DNA from: Pseudomonadota bacterium
Lineage (GTDB): Bacteria; Pseudomonadota; Gammaproteobacteria; Methylococcales; Methylomonadaceae
DNA: 64,000 nt
Direction of reading: 5' to 3'
Assembly: GCA_039805765.1 (NCBI GenBank)
Contig: JBDLTP010000050.1
Span: 10,378 to 74,377, forward strand
The notes below the pieces were generated by a model. It saw only the letters and a program-made list of their open reading frames with translations. It was not told the origin of the DNA and did not search any database. Each line of letters starts with the position of its first letter. Position 1 is the first letter of the stretch. Both the position numbers and the translations under genes were made by a program. Below, piece by piece: positions 17,006 to 26,168 of this stretch.

Positions 17006-18376
17006 TTATGTGTCGCCGGGATGTTTGAGCACGAATGTTGTAATGGAATGCGCCAAGCTTTTAACGGCAGTCGCTTTGCCTTCAATCCATAAGTGATAAT
17101 CCATCTCAATGTCTGTCGTATTCAATACAATCACAACAATTGACCCATCTGCATTAATAAACGCGGTTGTTTGCAAACTATCCCGATTTGAAGAACTGAT
17201 AATACGTTTCGCCTTAGGTCTGACAAATTTTGAAAAATGCCCTAAGTAATAATAACTATTGATATAATGCAATTCACCACGTTGCGTGTCTGCAATAATT
17301 GGCGCAAAACAAAAGTTACCCACATGATTAGGTCCCCCCGTTTCATCTAAAAGCACATTCCAATCAAGCCAAGCTGCTGCACCTGCATTGAAATCATTGA
17401 CCATTGAATGACCGTAAATTTCACCTAAATCCCAATCTTGAATTCGATTAAAATCAAATTTTTCAATACACCCTTCCGTAAAAATGACATTCGTTTCAGG
17501 GAATGCTTCTTTCACTTTTTTTACGTTCTCAAACAGCATTCCACTGCCTGTCCACGTTTCATACCAATGATAGCCAATCCCCCAAACATATTTTGCAGTT
17601 TCATTATCATGTAATACAGCCAAGGCTCTTTGAAAAATTAAGTCGCGATTATGATCCCACGCAATCAATTTTTTATGGTGGAAGCCGTTTTGATGCAGTG
17701 CAGGGCCTAGATAATGCTTAATAAACGCGCTTTCTTGTTCGCCAGTGTAAAGGCAAGATTCCCATGTTTGACTTGCCATCGGCTCGTTCTGCACGGATAC
17801 TCCCCAAATGGGAACGCCTTCTTTTTCATAAGCGTGGATAAATTTAACGAAATAATTCGCCCAATTTTGTCGATGCTCAGCTAACAATTGCCCGCCTTTT
17901 AGCATACTGGTATTTGTTTTCATCCAAGCAGGCGGACTCCAAGGACTTGCCAATAAAGTGAGTTGATCACCGGTCATCTGCATCGCTTTTTTAATAAGTG
18001 GAATACGATATTTTCTATCGTGCGCAATACTGAAACTGTCTAGTGAAACATCATTTTCTTCTACATAAGTGTAACTTTGACTCGAAAAATCACAGCTATG
18101 AATAGAGGTCCGAGCCATCGTATAACCAATGCCCTGCTCTGCATCGTAGTACGCACGAAGTAATTCTTGCTGCTTAGATTCAGGCAATTTTTCAAATGTT
18201 TCTGCTGCTGCATCGGTTATTGCGCCGCCAATCCCAACAATCGTTTGAAACGTTTTAGACGGGTCAACAAACACACACACTTGCGATTCTAAAGGCTGAC
18301 CAAAATCAAAAAATGCTAATTCAGCTGTTTTCGTTAAGCGGTAATTTGTATTTTTCGCTGTTGTGTATACACTCAT
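17006..18376 (-). CDS. Glycoside hydrolase family 30 (glucosylceramidase-like), no signal peptide
   Basis: GH30 motifs SPWSPPAWMKTN, acid/base VSVQNEP and nucleophile IFTEGC. The N-terminus lacks a signal sequence. Confidence 0.85.
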   Translation of the reverse strand: MSVYTTAKNTNYRLTKTAELAFFDFGQPLESQVCVFVDPSKTFQTIVGIGGAITDAAAETFEKLPESKQQELLRAYYDAEQGIGYTMARTSIHSCDFSSQSYTYVEENDVSLDSFSIAHDRKYRIPLIKKAMQMTGDQLTLLASPWSPPAWMKTNTSMLKGGQLLAEHRQNWANYFVKFIHAYEKEGVPIWGVSVQNEPMASQTWESCLYTGEQESAFIKHYLGPALHQNGFHHKKLIAWDHNRDLIFQRALAVLHDNETAKYVWGIGYHWYETWTGSGMLFENVKKVKEAFPETNVIFTEGCIEKFDFNRIQDWDLGEIYGHSMVNDFNAGAAAWLDWNVLLDETGGPNHVGNFCFAPIIADTQRGELHYINSYYYLGHFSKFVRPKAKRIISSSNRDSLQTTAFINADGSIVVIVLNTTDIEMDYHLWIEGKATAVKSLAHSITTFVLKHPGDT

Positions 18377-18403
18377 TTTTTTACCCCAATCTACTGCTAA
18401 TAT

Positions 18404-20620
18404 TTAAAAATTAGTCATTAACGACAGTCTAAAACTAATCGGCTCAACTGGATGAAAATGAATATCATCAACGCCAGCGCCATTGCCAGAATTATAGCAA
18501 GGATCTGTTTTTAGACATGAGCTGTAGAAGTAATCGATGCCACTGTCTTTACGATTGAGCATATTAAAGACTTCACCTTGAATTTTAATATATTTATTAA
18601 ATTCATATCCCACGGTACCTGACAGCATCAGTGTTTCTTGAGAGCGCACACTGTTATCTGAAATTAAGGCACGCGGACCAAAGTAACGCAGTCTAGGCCC
18701 ACCATAAAAACCGCCATACACATCATGCACCGTCGCGCCTGAGGCAATCACCGTTTCCACCGCACCGGGAATGTAATTTCCTTCCGACGGATTGCCTTGG
18801 AAACGTGCTTTGGAGAAACTCAAATCTGCGTCTAAAGTTAGCCAATGGTTGGGTGAATAGAAATTAGCGGATTCAATCCCATAACGCCGACTAGGATGAC
18901 TCGCTGAAGTGCTTCCCGCATCGCCCACAAACACTAATTCAGAATCAATATCTAGCCACCAAATAGCCAGTGTACTGTTTAAACCCTCAATCCAATTACT
19001 ACGCGCTCCGATTTCTGCACCATAAGTACGCGATAGTGGTACGGCTTTTTCAATAGGATTACCTTCAGCATCGGTTGTTTTTCCTGTTGACGGATCTACT
19101 TTCGTATTCACCCCTCGTGCATCATTACTGTGAAAACCTAACCCGCCATTTAAATAAAACTCTGTGTCTGCCCACGGGCCAAATACCATACCCAGTTTAG
19201 GGCTGATAAGACCATCATACACGGTGCCATTATTGGCATTTTGGTTGCTTTTACTCACATCAAAACGATACCCATCAAGACGCAGTCCTAAATTCGTTTT
19301 AAACCAATTTGTCCAGGTCGTTTTATTATCAAAATAAGGACTTAAACTACTTTGCCAAATCGTATCATTACGCGTGTAATCCAGAACTTTCTGCGCTTTT
19401 GTGTGCGTTAAGCTATTTTGAATATTATCATTTCTAAACTGCAATCCAAACGTACTTTCTGAATCAAATTGCCCGAGTTTATGAAAAAGTGTGTGTGCGG
19501 CTTTAAAACCGGTCACATAACGTTTATCGGGTTGACCAAATTGATCGCCATTCACCGGATCATCTTGAAAGAAAGTAAAATTAGAATACAAATCCAGTGA
19601 CGTGAACAATCCATACGCCATAAGTTGTGTTTTACTGTCTTTGTCTTGGCGATGCCATTCACCTGTGACGCTATAGCGGTCACTGCGTCCACCATCCGTT
19701 GGGTCAATGGCACCAAATCGATCAAGTGAGCCACTGTCCACCGCACGTTTTGGAATTTGATCCGTCGAATTCCAATCAGCGCCCATCGCCATCCCTGTTA
19801 TACTCCAGCCATGATCGCCATGCTCTTCGCTGTATTTTAAAACACCATTGAATTTCAAATACTCGTTACTCACAAGCCATGGCCCACCGTTATGCACTGT
19901 TTCGCCTGCATACACTAAATTACCCTCTCCGACTTTTTGCGATCCCATGACAAGGCCACGATAATAATCAAAACTGCCACCGGTAAACTTAGCGGTATGA
20001 TTAGGCAAATTTTTCATGTATTGAATATCGGCGGCCCCTGCACTTGAAAAATCACCATTTTCAGCATAATAATTCCCTTTTTGATAATTGATGGTTTGAA
20101 TGAGTTCAGGAATGAGAAAATTCGTATCCATCCACCCCTGACCGTGTGCGTGTGACGGTAAGTTAACGGGCACGCCATCCACTTGCGTTAAAAAATCCGT
20201 CCCATGGTCTAAATTAAACCCACGCAAATAATATTGACTGGCTTTACCTTCGCCACTGTGTTGACTGGAAATCAAGCCGGGTACGGTTTCTAGTACTTCA
20301 CTTGGGCGCGTAATGGGGCGATATTTTAATTGTTCTTGCCCAACGTTGCCCTGCGATGCACTGCTTGCAATGCCCACCAGTGAATCCGAGCGCTGCGTAA
20401 TTATCATATCCTCAAGTTCAACGGCTTCCTTATTGGCCTTGAGTTTCTTAGTTTTTTTATTTTTTGTGTTGTCCTTATCATTTATCGTTGAGGCTTCTGT
20501 ATTCACATCCGTGTATTCCCCGTGTGCATAAGCAGAAAAACTGGCAAGAATAGCTATTGACAATAAGGTTAGTTTAAATGGGTGATTTTTTCTCATCATT
20601 TTTCTCATCATTTTTCTCAT
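18404..20620 (-). CDS. TonB-dependent outer-membrane receptor
   Basis: Signal peptide KLTLLSIAILASFSAYA, TonB-box-like LEDMIIT, plug domain (RPSEVLETVPGL, YYLRGF), and a long beta-barrel ending in the terminal aromatic ...LMTNF. Start is ambiguous among five ATGs in a repeat (20596-20620). The track start 20698 overlaps the upstream gene. Confidence 0.85.
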   Translation of the reverse strand: MRKMMRKMMRKNHPFKLTLLSIAILASFSAYAHGEYTDVNTEASTINDKDNTKNKKTKKLKANKEAVELEDMIITQRSDSLVGIASSASQGNVGQEQLKYRPITRPSEVLETVPGLISSQHSGEGKASQYYLRGFNLDHGTDFLTQVDGVPVNLPSHAHGQGWMDTNFLIPELIQTINYQKGNYYAENGDFSSAGAADIQYMKNLPNHTAKFTGGSFDYYRGLVMGSQKVGEGNLVYAGETVHNGGPWLVSNEYLKFNGVLKYSEEHGDHGWSITGMAMGADWNSTDQIPKRAVDSGSLDRFGAIDPTDGGRSDRYSVTGEWHRQDKDSKTQLMAYGLFTSLDLYSNFTFFQDDPVNGDQFGQPDKRYVTGFKAAHTLFHKLGQFDSESTFGLQFRNDNIQNSLTHTKAQKVLDYTRNDTIWQSSLSPYFDNKTTWTNWFKTNLGLRLDGYRFDVSKSNQNANNGTVYDGLISPKLGMVFGPWADTEFYLNGGLGFHSNDARGVNTKVDPSTGKTTDAEGNPIEKAVPLSRTYGAEIGARSNWIEGLNSTLAIWWLDIDSELVFVGDAGSTSASHPSRRYGIESANFYSPNHWLTLDADLSFSKARFQGNPSEGNYIPGAVETVIASGATVHDVYGGFYGGPRLRYFGPRALISDNSVRSQETLMLSGTVGYEFNKYIKIQGEVFNMLNRKDSGIDYFYSSCLKTDPCYNSGNGAGVDDIHFHPVEPISFRLSLMTNF
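20587..20620 (-). repeat. 12-nt tandem repeat (about 2.8 copies) spanning the receptor start codons
   Basis: Plus strand TTTTTCTCATCA x2 plus a partial third copy. On the coding strand this is ATGAGAAAAATG repeated, encoding MRKM-MRKM-MRK. Confidence 0.8.
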
Positions 20621-20634
20621 TATTATTATTAAAA

Positions 20635-21690
20635 TTATTGTAAAACAGTACGTTGAAGCAGCCAGATTGCGCCTGCAATAGACACAATAGTTGAACAAAC
20701 TGGCACAAAATATTTCTCGATAGAAGGTTTTTTATGCAACCACCAAATAAACGGGAGAACCAAACTCGTGACCACAATTTGCCCAATTTCTACGCCAAAA
20801 TTAAATGAAAACAAAGGCACTAAAATGCCTGTCTCAATACTGCTAATGCCCATTTCCTGCAACACCGAGGCAAAGCCGAAACCGTGAATTAAGCCAAATG
20901 AAAACGTTAATAATCGCCGCCCTTTAGGCTCTTTTGAAATGAGATTTTCTAAGCCAACATAAATAATCGTGGCTGCAATTAGCGGTTCAACCACCGAGCT
21001 TGGCAATGTGACAAGCCCCAATCCTGCGAGGCCTAGCGTAATAGAATGTGCAATAGTGAAAAACGTAATGATGCCAACCGCTGACCAAAAATTACGCGTC
21101 ACCATCAGCAGCGCAAACAAAAAGAGTAAATGGTCATAGCCAGTTAAAATATGCTCAATACCTAATACGAGAAAGTCTTTGAACATAGAGCCATCTTGTG
21201 CATTGATATCGAGTTCAATTGCATTGTCTTCTTGCGTGAGCATTTTTTCACTGAGACTTTTTCCCTCGGCATCTTTGATGGTGACATATTGTTTATGGCC
21301 TTCGGGTAATTTTTTTAGCAATAACATGACCATTTTTAAATGTGTTGCCGCAGGTTCGTAGCGCAATTTAACGTGGGCATTATTTTTGTCATCAAAGGTG
21401 ACTTCACCGTTTGAAATAGGTTCAACAATTTGATCATTGACTGTGAATTGCAACTCCTTTGCAATTAATGCGGCAATATGGGGCTTGGCATTGTCATATT
21501 CAGCAGGCGAAATATCAGCATCACCATCGCTATCCATGGGTGAAAAAGCTTCAATATCTTGCAGTGCAAAGGTAATGTTAGCTTCAACGCCAGTGCCAGT
21601 AAGTACAACATCCGCTGAACTTAATCCTGGAGCGTGAGCGAAACCGATTTGACTGTAAACCAATAAGAAAAGGATATAGATCAATTTCAT
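20635..21690 (-). CDS. HupE_UreJ_2-type membrane protein with a periplasmic N-terminal domain of about 170 aa
   Basis: Signal peptide. Periplasmic domain with an EF-hand-like loop DSDGDADISPAE. C-terminal 6-TM region carries GIEHILTGYDHLLFLFALL and GLIHGFGFA motifs. Confidence 0.75.
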   Translation of the reverse strand: MKLIYILFLLVYSQIGFAHAPGLSSADVVLTGTGVEANITFALQDIEAFSPMDSDGDADISPAEYDNAKPHIAALIAKELQFTVNDQIVEPISNGEVTFDDKNNAHVKLRYEPAATHLKMVMLLLKKLPEGHKQYVTIKDAEGKSLSEKMLTQEDNAIELDINAQDGSMFKDFLVLGIEHILTGYDHLLFLFALLMVTRNFWSAVGIITFFTIAHSITLGLAGLGLVTLPSSVVEPLIAATIIYVGLENLISKEPKGRRLLTFSFGLIHGFGFASVLQEMGISSIETGILVPLFSFNFGVEIGQIVVTSLVLPFIWWLHKKPSIEKYFVPVCSTIVSIAGAIWLLQRTVLQ

Positions 21691-22697
21691 TTTTCAATTA
21701 TTCCATTTACGGGTAAAAGTAAAAATTCGAACGCACGAAAGCCTACTTTATTTAAAAAAGTAAATGGTGCGACTAGTAATTTGAAGGAGTTAAACGCACA
21801 GAGCGTTAAGAGATAAAACGATTTTTTGAAGAAACAGAGAGGGAATTTTGAATATAAAGCAAAATCGCCAAGCTGTTTTGGGTAAAAAATATAGCAAAAG
21901 AATTGTGAAATATAAAACACGCAAAACAACAAGCAAACGTCTGAGTATCGTTTTAGCGATGTCAAAAAAACGTCTACAGCATGATGATCATAGGGCAGTA
22001 AAATGAGCCAATTCAGGGAAGAATTTATCAAGGGCGGTTTTTGATCGGCTACTTGATTGGCATAACTTTCTTTATTGAATAAAACGCTATGAGTAACGGT
22101 TGATGTGCTTATATTCACAGAGTCTGTTGGTGTTAAATTGACCGTATGAGATGTTAAAAACGTAACACACAATAAAATGACTTTGACAACTAAAATACCT
22201 GTGCCGTGGAGCAAAATAGTTGCCAGCATAAAACCAACGGTATAAGACACTAAACTCGCTGACGTGGAAATTTCCTGCCCATGTGCATAACCGTGGAAAA
22301 ACGCAAAAAATGCCACAATCAGCACATTCATTTTCGTACCAAAATGAATTTTACGAATAATTAATGCGCTAAAAACAAGGCATGAGGCTATAATTAACAC
22401 TTCTGCACTCGGAATGGCCAAGTAGCTTGCAGCTCCCGACACTCCCCCCAAACTCATGACAGAAACAAAGGTTACAGGCAACAACCAAATTGCTTTTCCG
22501 CGTAGCTGAGCTGCCCATATTCCAACGCCCAGCATCGTAATAACATGGTCTAAGCCTTCCAATGGATGAGAAAATCCACTGAATAAATCAGTCATTATTA
22601 AATTGCTAAGTTGACAATAAGCGTAACTTACCATTGCCAGCATGAAAATCATTGCTGGCAATAAAATACGCTTAATCAATGTCAAGTTAAAAGGCAT
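21687..22697 (-). CDS. HupE/UreJ family metal (Ni/Co-type) permease with an unusual C-terminal extension of about 140 aa
   Basis: HupE signature HPLEGLDHVITMLGVGIWA and FFHGYAHGQE within the first 190 aa or so. The frame stays open for another 140 codons or so and ends in an ATGA overlap with the next gene. Confidence 0.7.
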   Translation of the reverse strand: MPFNLTLIKRILLPAMIFMLAMVSYAYCQLSNLIMTDLFSGFSHPLEGLDHVITMLGVGIWAAQLRGKAIWLLPVTFVSVMSLGGVSGAASYLAIPSAEVLIIASCLVFSALIIRKIHFGTKMNVLIVAFFAFFHGYAHGQEISTSASLVSYTVGFMLATILLHGTGILVVKVILLCVTFLTSHTVNLTPTDSVNISTSTVTHSVLFNKESYANQVADQKPPLINSSLNWLILLPYDHHAVDVFLTSLKRYSDVCLLFCVFYISQFFCYIFYPKQLGDFALYSKFPLCFFKKSFYLLTLCAFNSFKLLVAPFTFLNKVGFRAFEFLLLPVNGIIEK

Positions 22698-22798
22698 GTA
22701 GGTAATATATTATTCAAAATAGACAAGGGCGACATTTTACGCATTTTTTTTTTGATAGCCAGTTTTTTTAACAGAGGTTTACGCATCTCTATTGATAA

Positions 22799-23593
22799 CT
22801 ATCTAACTTCACGCGCCAATCTAAACCCAATATCACTACTTTTTGTCGCCGCTAACCCACTGTATCTTACAGCAGATCGCAATAGTGGAGGTTTAGCTAT
22901 CCAGCTACCGCCACGATATATTTTGTATTGCCCCGATTCTATGCCTTTAGGATCAGATTCGGGACTATGTTGATAATACTGCGGGCCATACCAATCGTCC
23001 ACCCACTCCCATACATTGCCATGCATATCAACAAGGCCCCATGCGTTTGCTTTTTTCTGGCCTACTTCATGTGTATCACCACCATACCCTTCATTGCCAA
23101 ACCAGGCATAATCTCGAATGGTTTTTATATCATCGCCAAAAGAGTAAACCGTCTGTGTGCCAGCGCGCGCGGCATATTCCCATTCAGCTTCAGTTGGCAG
23201 GCGATATATATCGCTTTTAGCGCGATCATTTAATTTTTCAATAAACGTTTGTGCATCATTCCAGCTTACTTTTTCTACAGGGCGATACATGCCTTTGAAT
23301 TTACTTGGATTATTACCCATGACTTCTTCCCATTGTTTTTGGGTAACTTCCGATTCGCCAAGATAAAAAGGCTTAGTGATACACACTTTATGTTGTGGTA
23401 ATTCGTTTGCCGTGGTTTGCCTTTCTTTATCTTGAAGCTCGGTGTTTTTGTCTTGCCCCATCGTAAAACAACCTGGATCAATTTTAATGAAACGAATACC
23501 ATCAAAATTTTTCATCTCAACCGCAGATATATTTTGAGCGATTGAAAATAGCAAAGAAAATAACGCAATTTTATTTTTATTATTCATAACCAT
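22799..23593 (-). CDS. Secreted FGE-sulfatase (SUMF1/PvdO/NirV-like) domain protein, lacking the FGE catalytic cysteines
   Basis: Signal peptide. Family motifs LPTEAEWEYAARAG, HGNVWEWVDDWY and YRGGSW...RSAVRY...GFRLA. There is no Cys where genuine FGEs carry the CxxxxC pair after RGGS. Confidence 0.85.
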   Translation of the reverse strand: MVMNNKNKIALFSLLFSIAQNISAVEMKNFDGIRFIKIDPGCFTMGQDKNTELQDKERQTTANELPQHKVCITKPFYLGESEVTQKQWEEVMGNNPSKFKGMYRPVEKVSWNDAQTFIEKLNDRAKSDIYRLPTEAEWEYAARAGTQTVYSFGDDIKTIRDYAWFGNEGYGGDTHEVGQKKANAWGLVDMHGNVWEWVDDWYGPQYYQHSPESDPKGIESGQYKIYRGGSWIAKPPLLRSAVRYSGLAATKSSDIGFRLAREVR

Positions 23594-23972
23594 TACCCTT
23601 AATGTTGGAGTAGCTGAAATTCATTTGACGTATTTAAAATGAATTATAATTTTAAAAATGACGTAGGCGTGAATTGTTTTATTGTTTTTTGTTTATTTAT
23701 CAAAAAACAAAATACTTTATCAAATGAAATCCGCCTCTAAAATACGATAAATCGATTGATGGTTTTTTCAAAATTAAGATATTCATTCGCTTGCCGATAG
23801 ACTACAGATAAAGTTGCAATAAAATTAATCTAAACTAAAACGATCAACGGCATTAGGACAACACAATACCTTAAATGCAAAGCGTGAATATAATTTTTTC
23901 ACTATAATGTTTGAATTTCAGATTACTACTGATATCACCTCGACCTTAACACTTGTGCTTAATGAATAATTT

Positions 23973-26168
23973 ATGAAACATAATATGCCCGTAACCAATA
24001 ACGAAATCGTGATGAATAATGGCAGTATTCTTGTCACGCGCACTGATTTGCAAGGTAAAATTCTTTATGCTAATGATGAATTTCTAAAGATAAGTGGTTA
24101 TAGTCGGACTGAAATTATTGGCAAAGACCATAATATTATTCGCCATCCCGACATGCCGCCTGAGCTGTTTGAGGATTTATGGAAAACAGTAAAAGCCATG
24201 CGTCCATGGGCGGGAGTCATTAAAAATCGCGCTAAATCGGGTGATTTTTATTGGGTACACGCAAACATTATTCCTCAATTTGAAAAAGGCAAATTAATCG
24301 GTTATTTATCAGTTCGCTACGAACCTAAAAAAGCCGAATTAGAGCAAAGCCAAGCTCTATATCGCGACATAAAAAATAAAACGGGCGCTATTAATCCAAC
24401 AGGAATCAGAGCCTTAATTAAGTGGGTGCATGATATTTCACTTTGGAATAAAACCGCTTTCACATTACTTGCTTTTTCAGTACCTACAGCCACATTAAGT
24501 TATGAATATTATCAATCAGAAAATTACATTGCGTTAGCCGCTATAGTTTGCGCTGCATCCATCGGTGCATTGATTAATGTCAGTATTATTCGTGAATTCA
24601 ATCAGACATTAGATAAAAGCGTTGGCATTTTTTACCGGCTTTCTGGTAAAAGCTTTGGCAATAAGTTTGATTTAAAGAAAAGCGGCGTGATTGGTGATTT
24701 TTATCGTGGTTTATTTTCAATGGATGTCAGTTTAAGTTTAGATATTGCAGAATCTAAACGTCTTCATGCTGAGTCTTTACGCATTAACAGTGCGCTAGAT
24801 AACGTACATTCAGCCGTTTTAGTTGCCGATAATAATTTCGAAATTATCTATATTAATGAAAGTGCAAAAAATTTATTCAAAAACGCGGCAACCGATATTA
24901 AAAAACAAATCCCCCATTTTGATATCGAAAAATTAATTGGCTCCAATATGGATTTGTTTAATACTGAATCCGCTGATGCGCAACGCAAAAAAATGCAAAA
25001 CCTAACCGAATTTCGTGCCGATGAACACGTTGTTGGGGGGCGTCATCTTCATGTCATCACAAATCCTGTGCTAGATAAAAATGGAGACCGTATAGGGTTT
25101 GTGGCTGAATGGGTAGATAAAACCATCGAAGTAACAGCCATTCAAGAAATTTCAGGGATTGTGCAAGCGGCAGCAAAAGGTGATTTTGAGCAACGCATTA
25201 ACGAAACTGATCGTGATGGTTTCATTTTAGAGCTGATTAAAAACATTAATAAACTCATAGAAACAAGTTCAATTGGTTTGAATGAAGTTGCTCGCGTGTT
25301 AGATGCGCTTTCGCATGGTGATCTGACCAAAACAATTAACAACAACTATTTTGGCATGTTTGGTCAGCTCAAAGATGACGCTAACTCGACGGTTGAAAAG
25401 TTACGGGAAGTGATTTATCAAATTCAACTTGCCACTGATACGATTAACACAAGCGCAAAAGAAATTGCGTCAGGCAATAATGATTTGTCACATCGCACAG
25501 AAAAACAGGCGGCAAGTCTAGAGCAAACTGCAGCCAGCATGCAGGAATTGACCTCTACAGTGCAACATAATAGTGAAAATGCGCAGCGTGCCAATGGATT
25601 AGCGACAGGGGCATCAGACATTGCAAGTCAGGGCGTTTTAGTTGTTCGTCAAGTGGTTAAAACGATGGATGACATCACAGAATCATCAAGAAAAATTGTG
25701 GACATTATTTCTGTGATTGACGGCATTGCGTTTCAAACCAACATTCTTGCCTTAAATGCTGCCGTTGAAGCGGCACGCGCTGGTGAACAAGGCCGAGGGT
25801 TTGCTGTCGTTGCAAGTGAAGTCCGCAATCTTGCGCAACGTGCAGCAGCGGCGGCTGGTGAGATTAAAAATCTCATTGGTGATTCTGTAGAAAAAGTGGA
25901 AGACGGCACTCAATTAGTTGCTAAAGCGGGCAAAACAATGGAAGAAATTGTTCAAGCCATTGGAAATGTAACAAAAATTATGTCAGAAATTAGTTCGGCC
26001 TCTACGGAACAAACAACGGGAATTGAACAAGTGAACAGCGCAATTGGCCAGATGGATGATGTAACACAACAAAACGCGGCACTGGTGGAAGAAGCGGCCG
26101 CGGCGGCTGAAACACTCGAAGATCAAGCGCAAAGCCTCGCTAATACCGTAAAATACTTTGAATTGTAA
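23973..26168 (+). CDS. Methyl-accepting chemotaxis protein with an N-terminal Aer-type PAS, two TM helices, a second PAS, HAMP and an MCP signalling domain
   Basis: Aer-like PAS ([42 protein letters not shown]). Hairpin tip [37 protein letters not shown]. Confidence 0.9.
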   Translation: MKHNMPVTNNEIVMNNGSILVTRTDLQGKILYANDEFLKISGYSRTEIIGKDHNIIRHPDMPPELFEDLWKTVKAMRPWAGVIKNRAKSGDFYWVHANIIPQFEKGKLIGYLSVRYEPKKAELEQSQALYRDIKNKTGAINPTGIRALIKWVHDISLWNKTAFTLLAFSVPTATLSYEYYQSENYIALAAIVCAASIGALINVSIIREFNQTLDKSVGIFYRLSGKSFGNKFDLKKSGVIGDFYRGLFSMDVSLSLDIAESKRLHAESLRINSALDNVHSAVLVADNNFEIIYINESAKNLFKNAATDIKKQIPHFDIEKLIGSNMDLFNTESADAQRKKMQNLTEFRADEHVVGGRHLHVITNPVLDKNGDRIGFVAEWVDKTIEVTAIQEISGIVQAAAKGDFEQRINETDRDGFILELIKNINKLIETSSIGLNEVARVLDALSHGDLTKTINNNYFGMFGQLKDDANSTVEKLREVIYQIQLATDTINTSAKEIASGNNDLSHRTEKQAASLEQTAASMQELTSTVQHNSENAQRANGLATGASDIASQGVLVVRQVVKTMDDITESSRKIVDIISVIDGIAFQTNILALNAAVEAARAGEQGRGFAVVASEVRNLAQRAAAAAGEIKNLIGDSVEKVEDGTQLVAKAGKTMEEIVQAIGNVTKIMSEISSASTEQTTGIEQVNSAIGQMDDVTQQNAALVEEAAAAAETLEDQAQSLANTVKYFEL

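Noticed and set aside
16986-17027. Hairpin CAAACATCCC...GGGATGTTTG between kup and GH30, as a bidirectional terminator.
   Set aside because: The loop is 22 nt, there is no U-tract, and the second arm lies inside the GH30 coding sequence. Evidence is too weak to annotate.
22752-23505. ORFs at 22752-22973, 22928-23233 and 23157-23366 on the plus strand, and at 23275-23505 on the minus strand.
   Set aside because: They overlap the well-supported FGE-like CDS in antisense or alternative frames and have no motifs or RBS.
23683-23712. Inverted repeat TTGTTTTTTG-N9-CAAAAAACAA in the FGE/MCP divergent intergenic region, as a possible operator or terminator.
   Set aside because: It is a pure A/T-run palindrome of low complexity in AT-rich DNA, with no flanking GC stem or known operator consensus. 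It is not distinguishable from chance.
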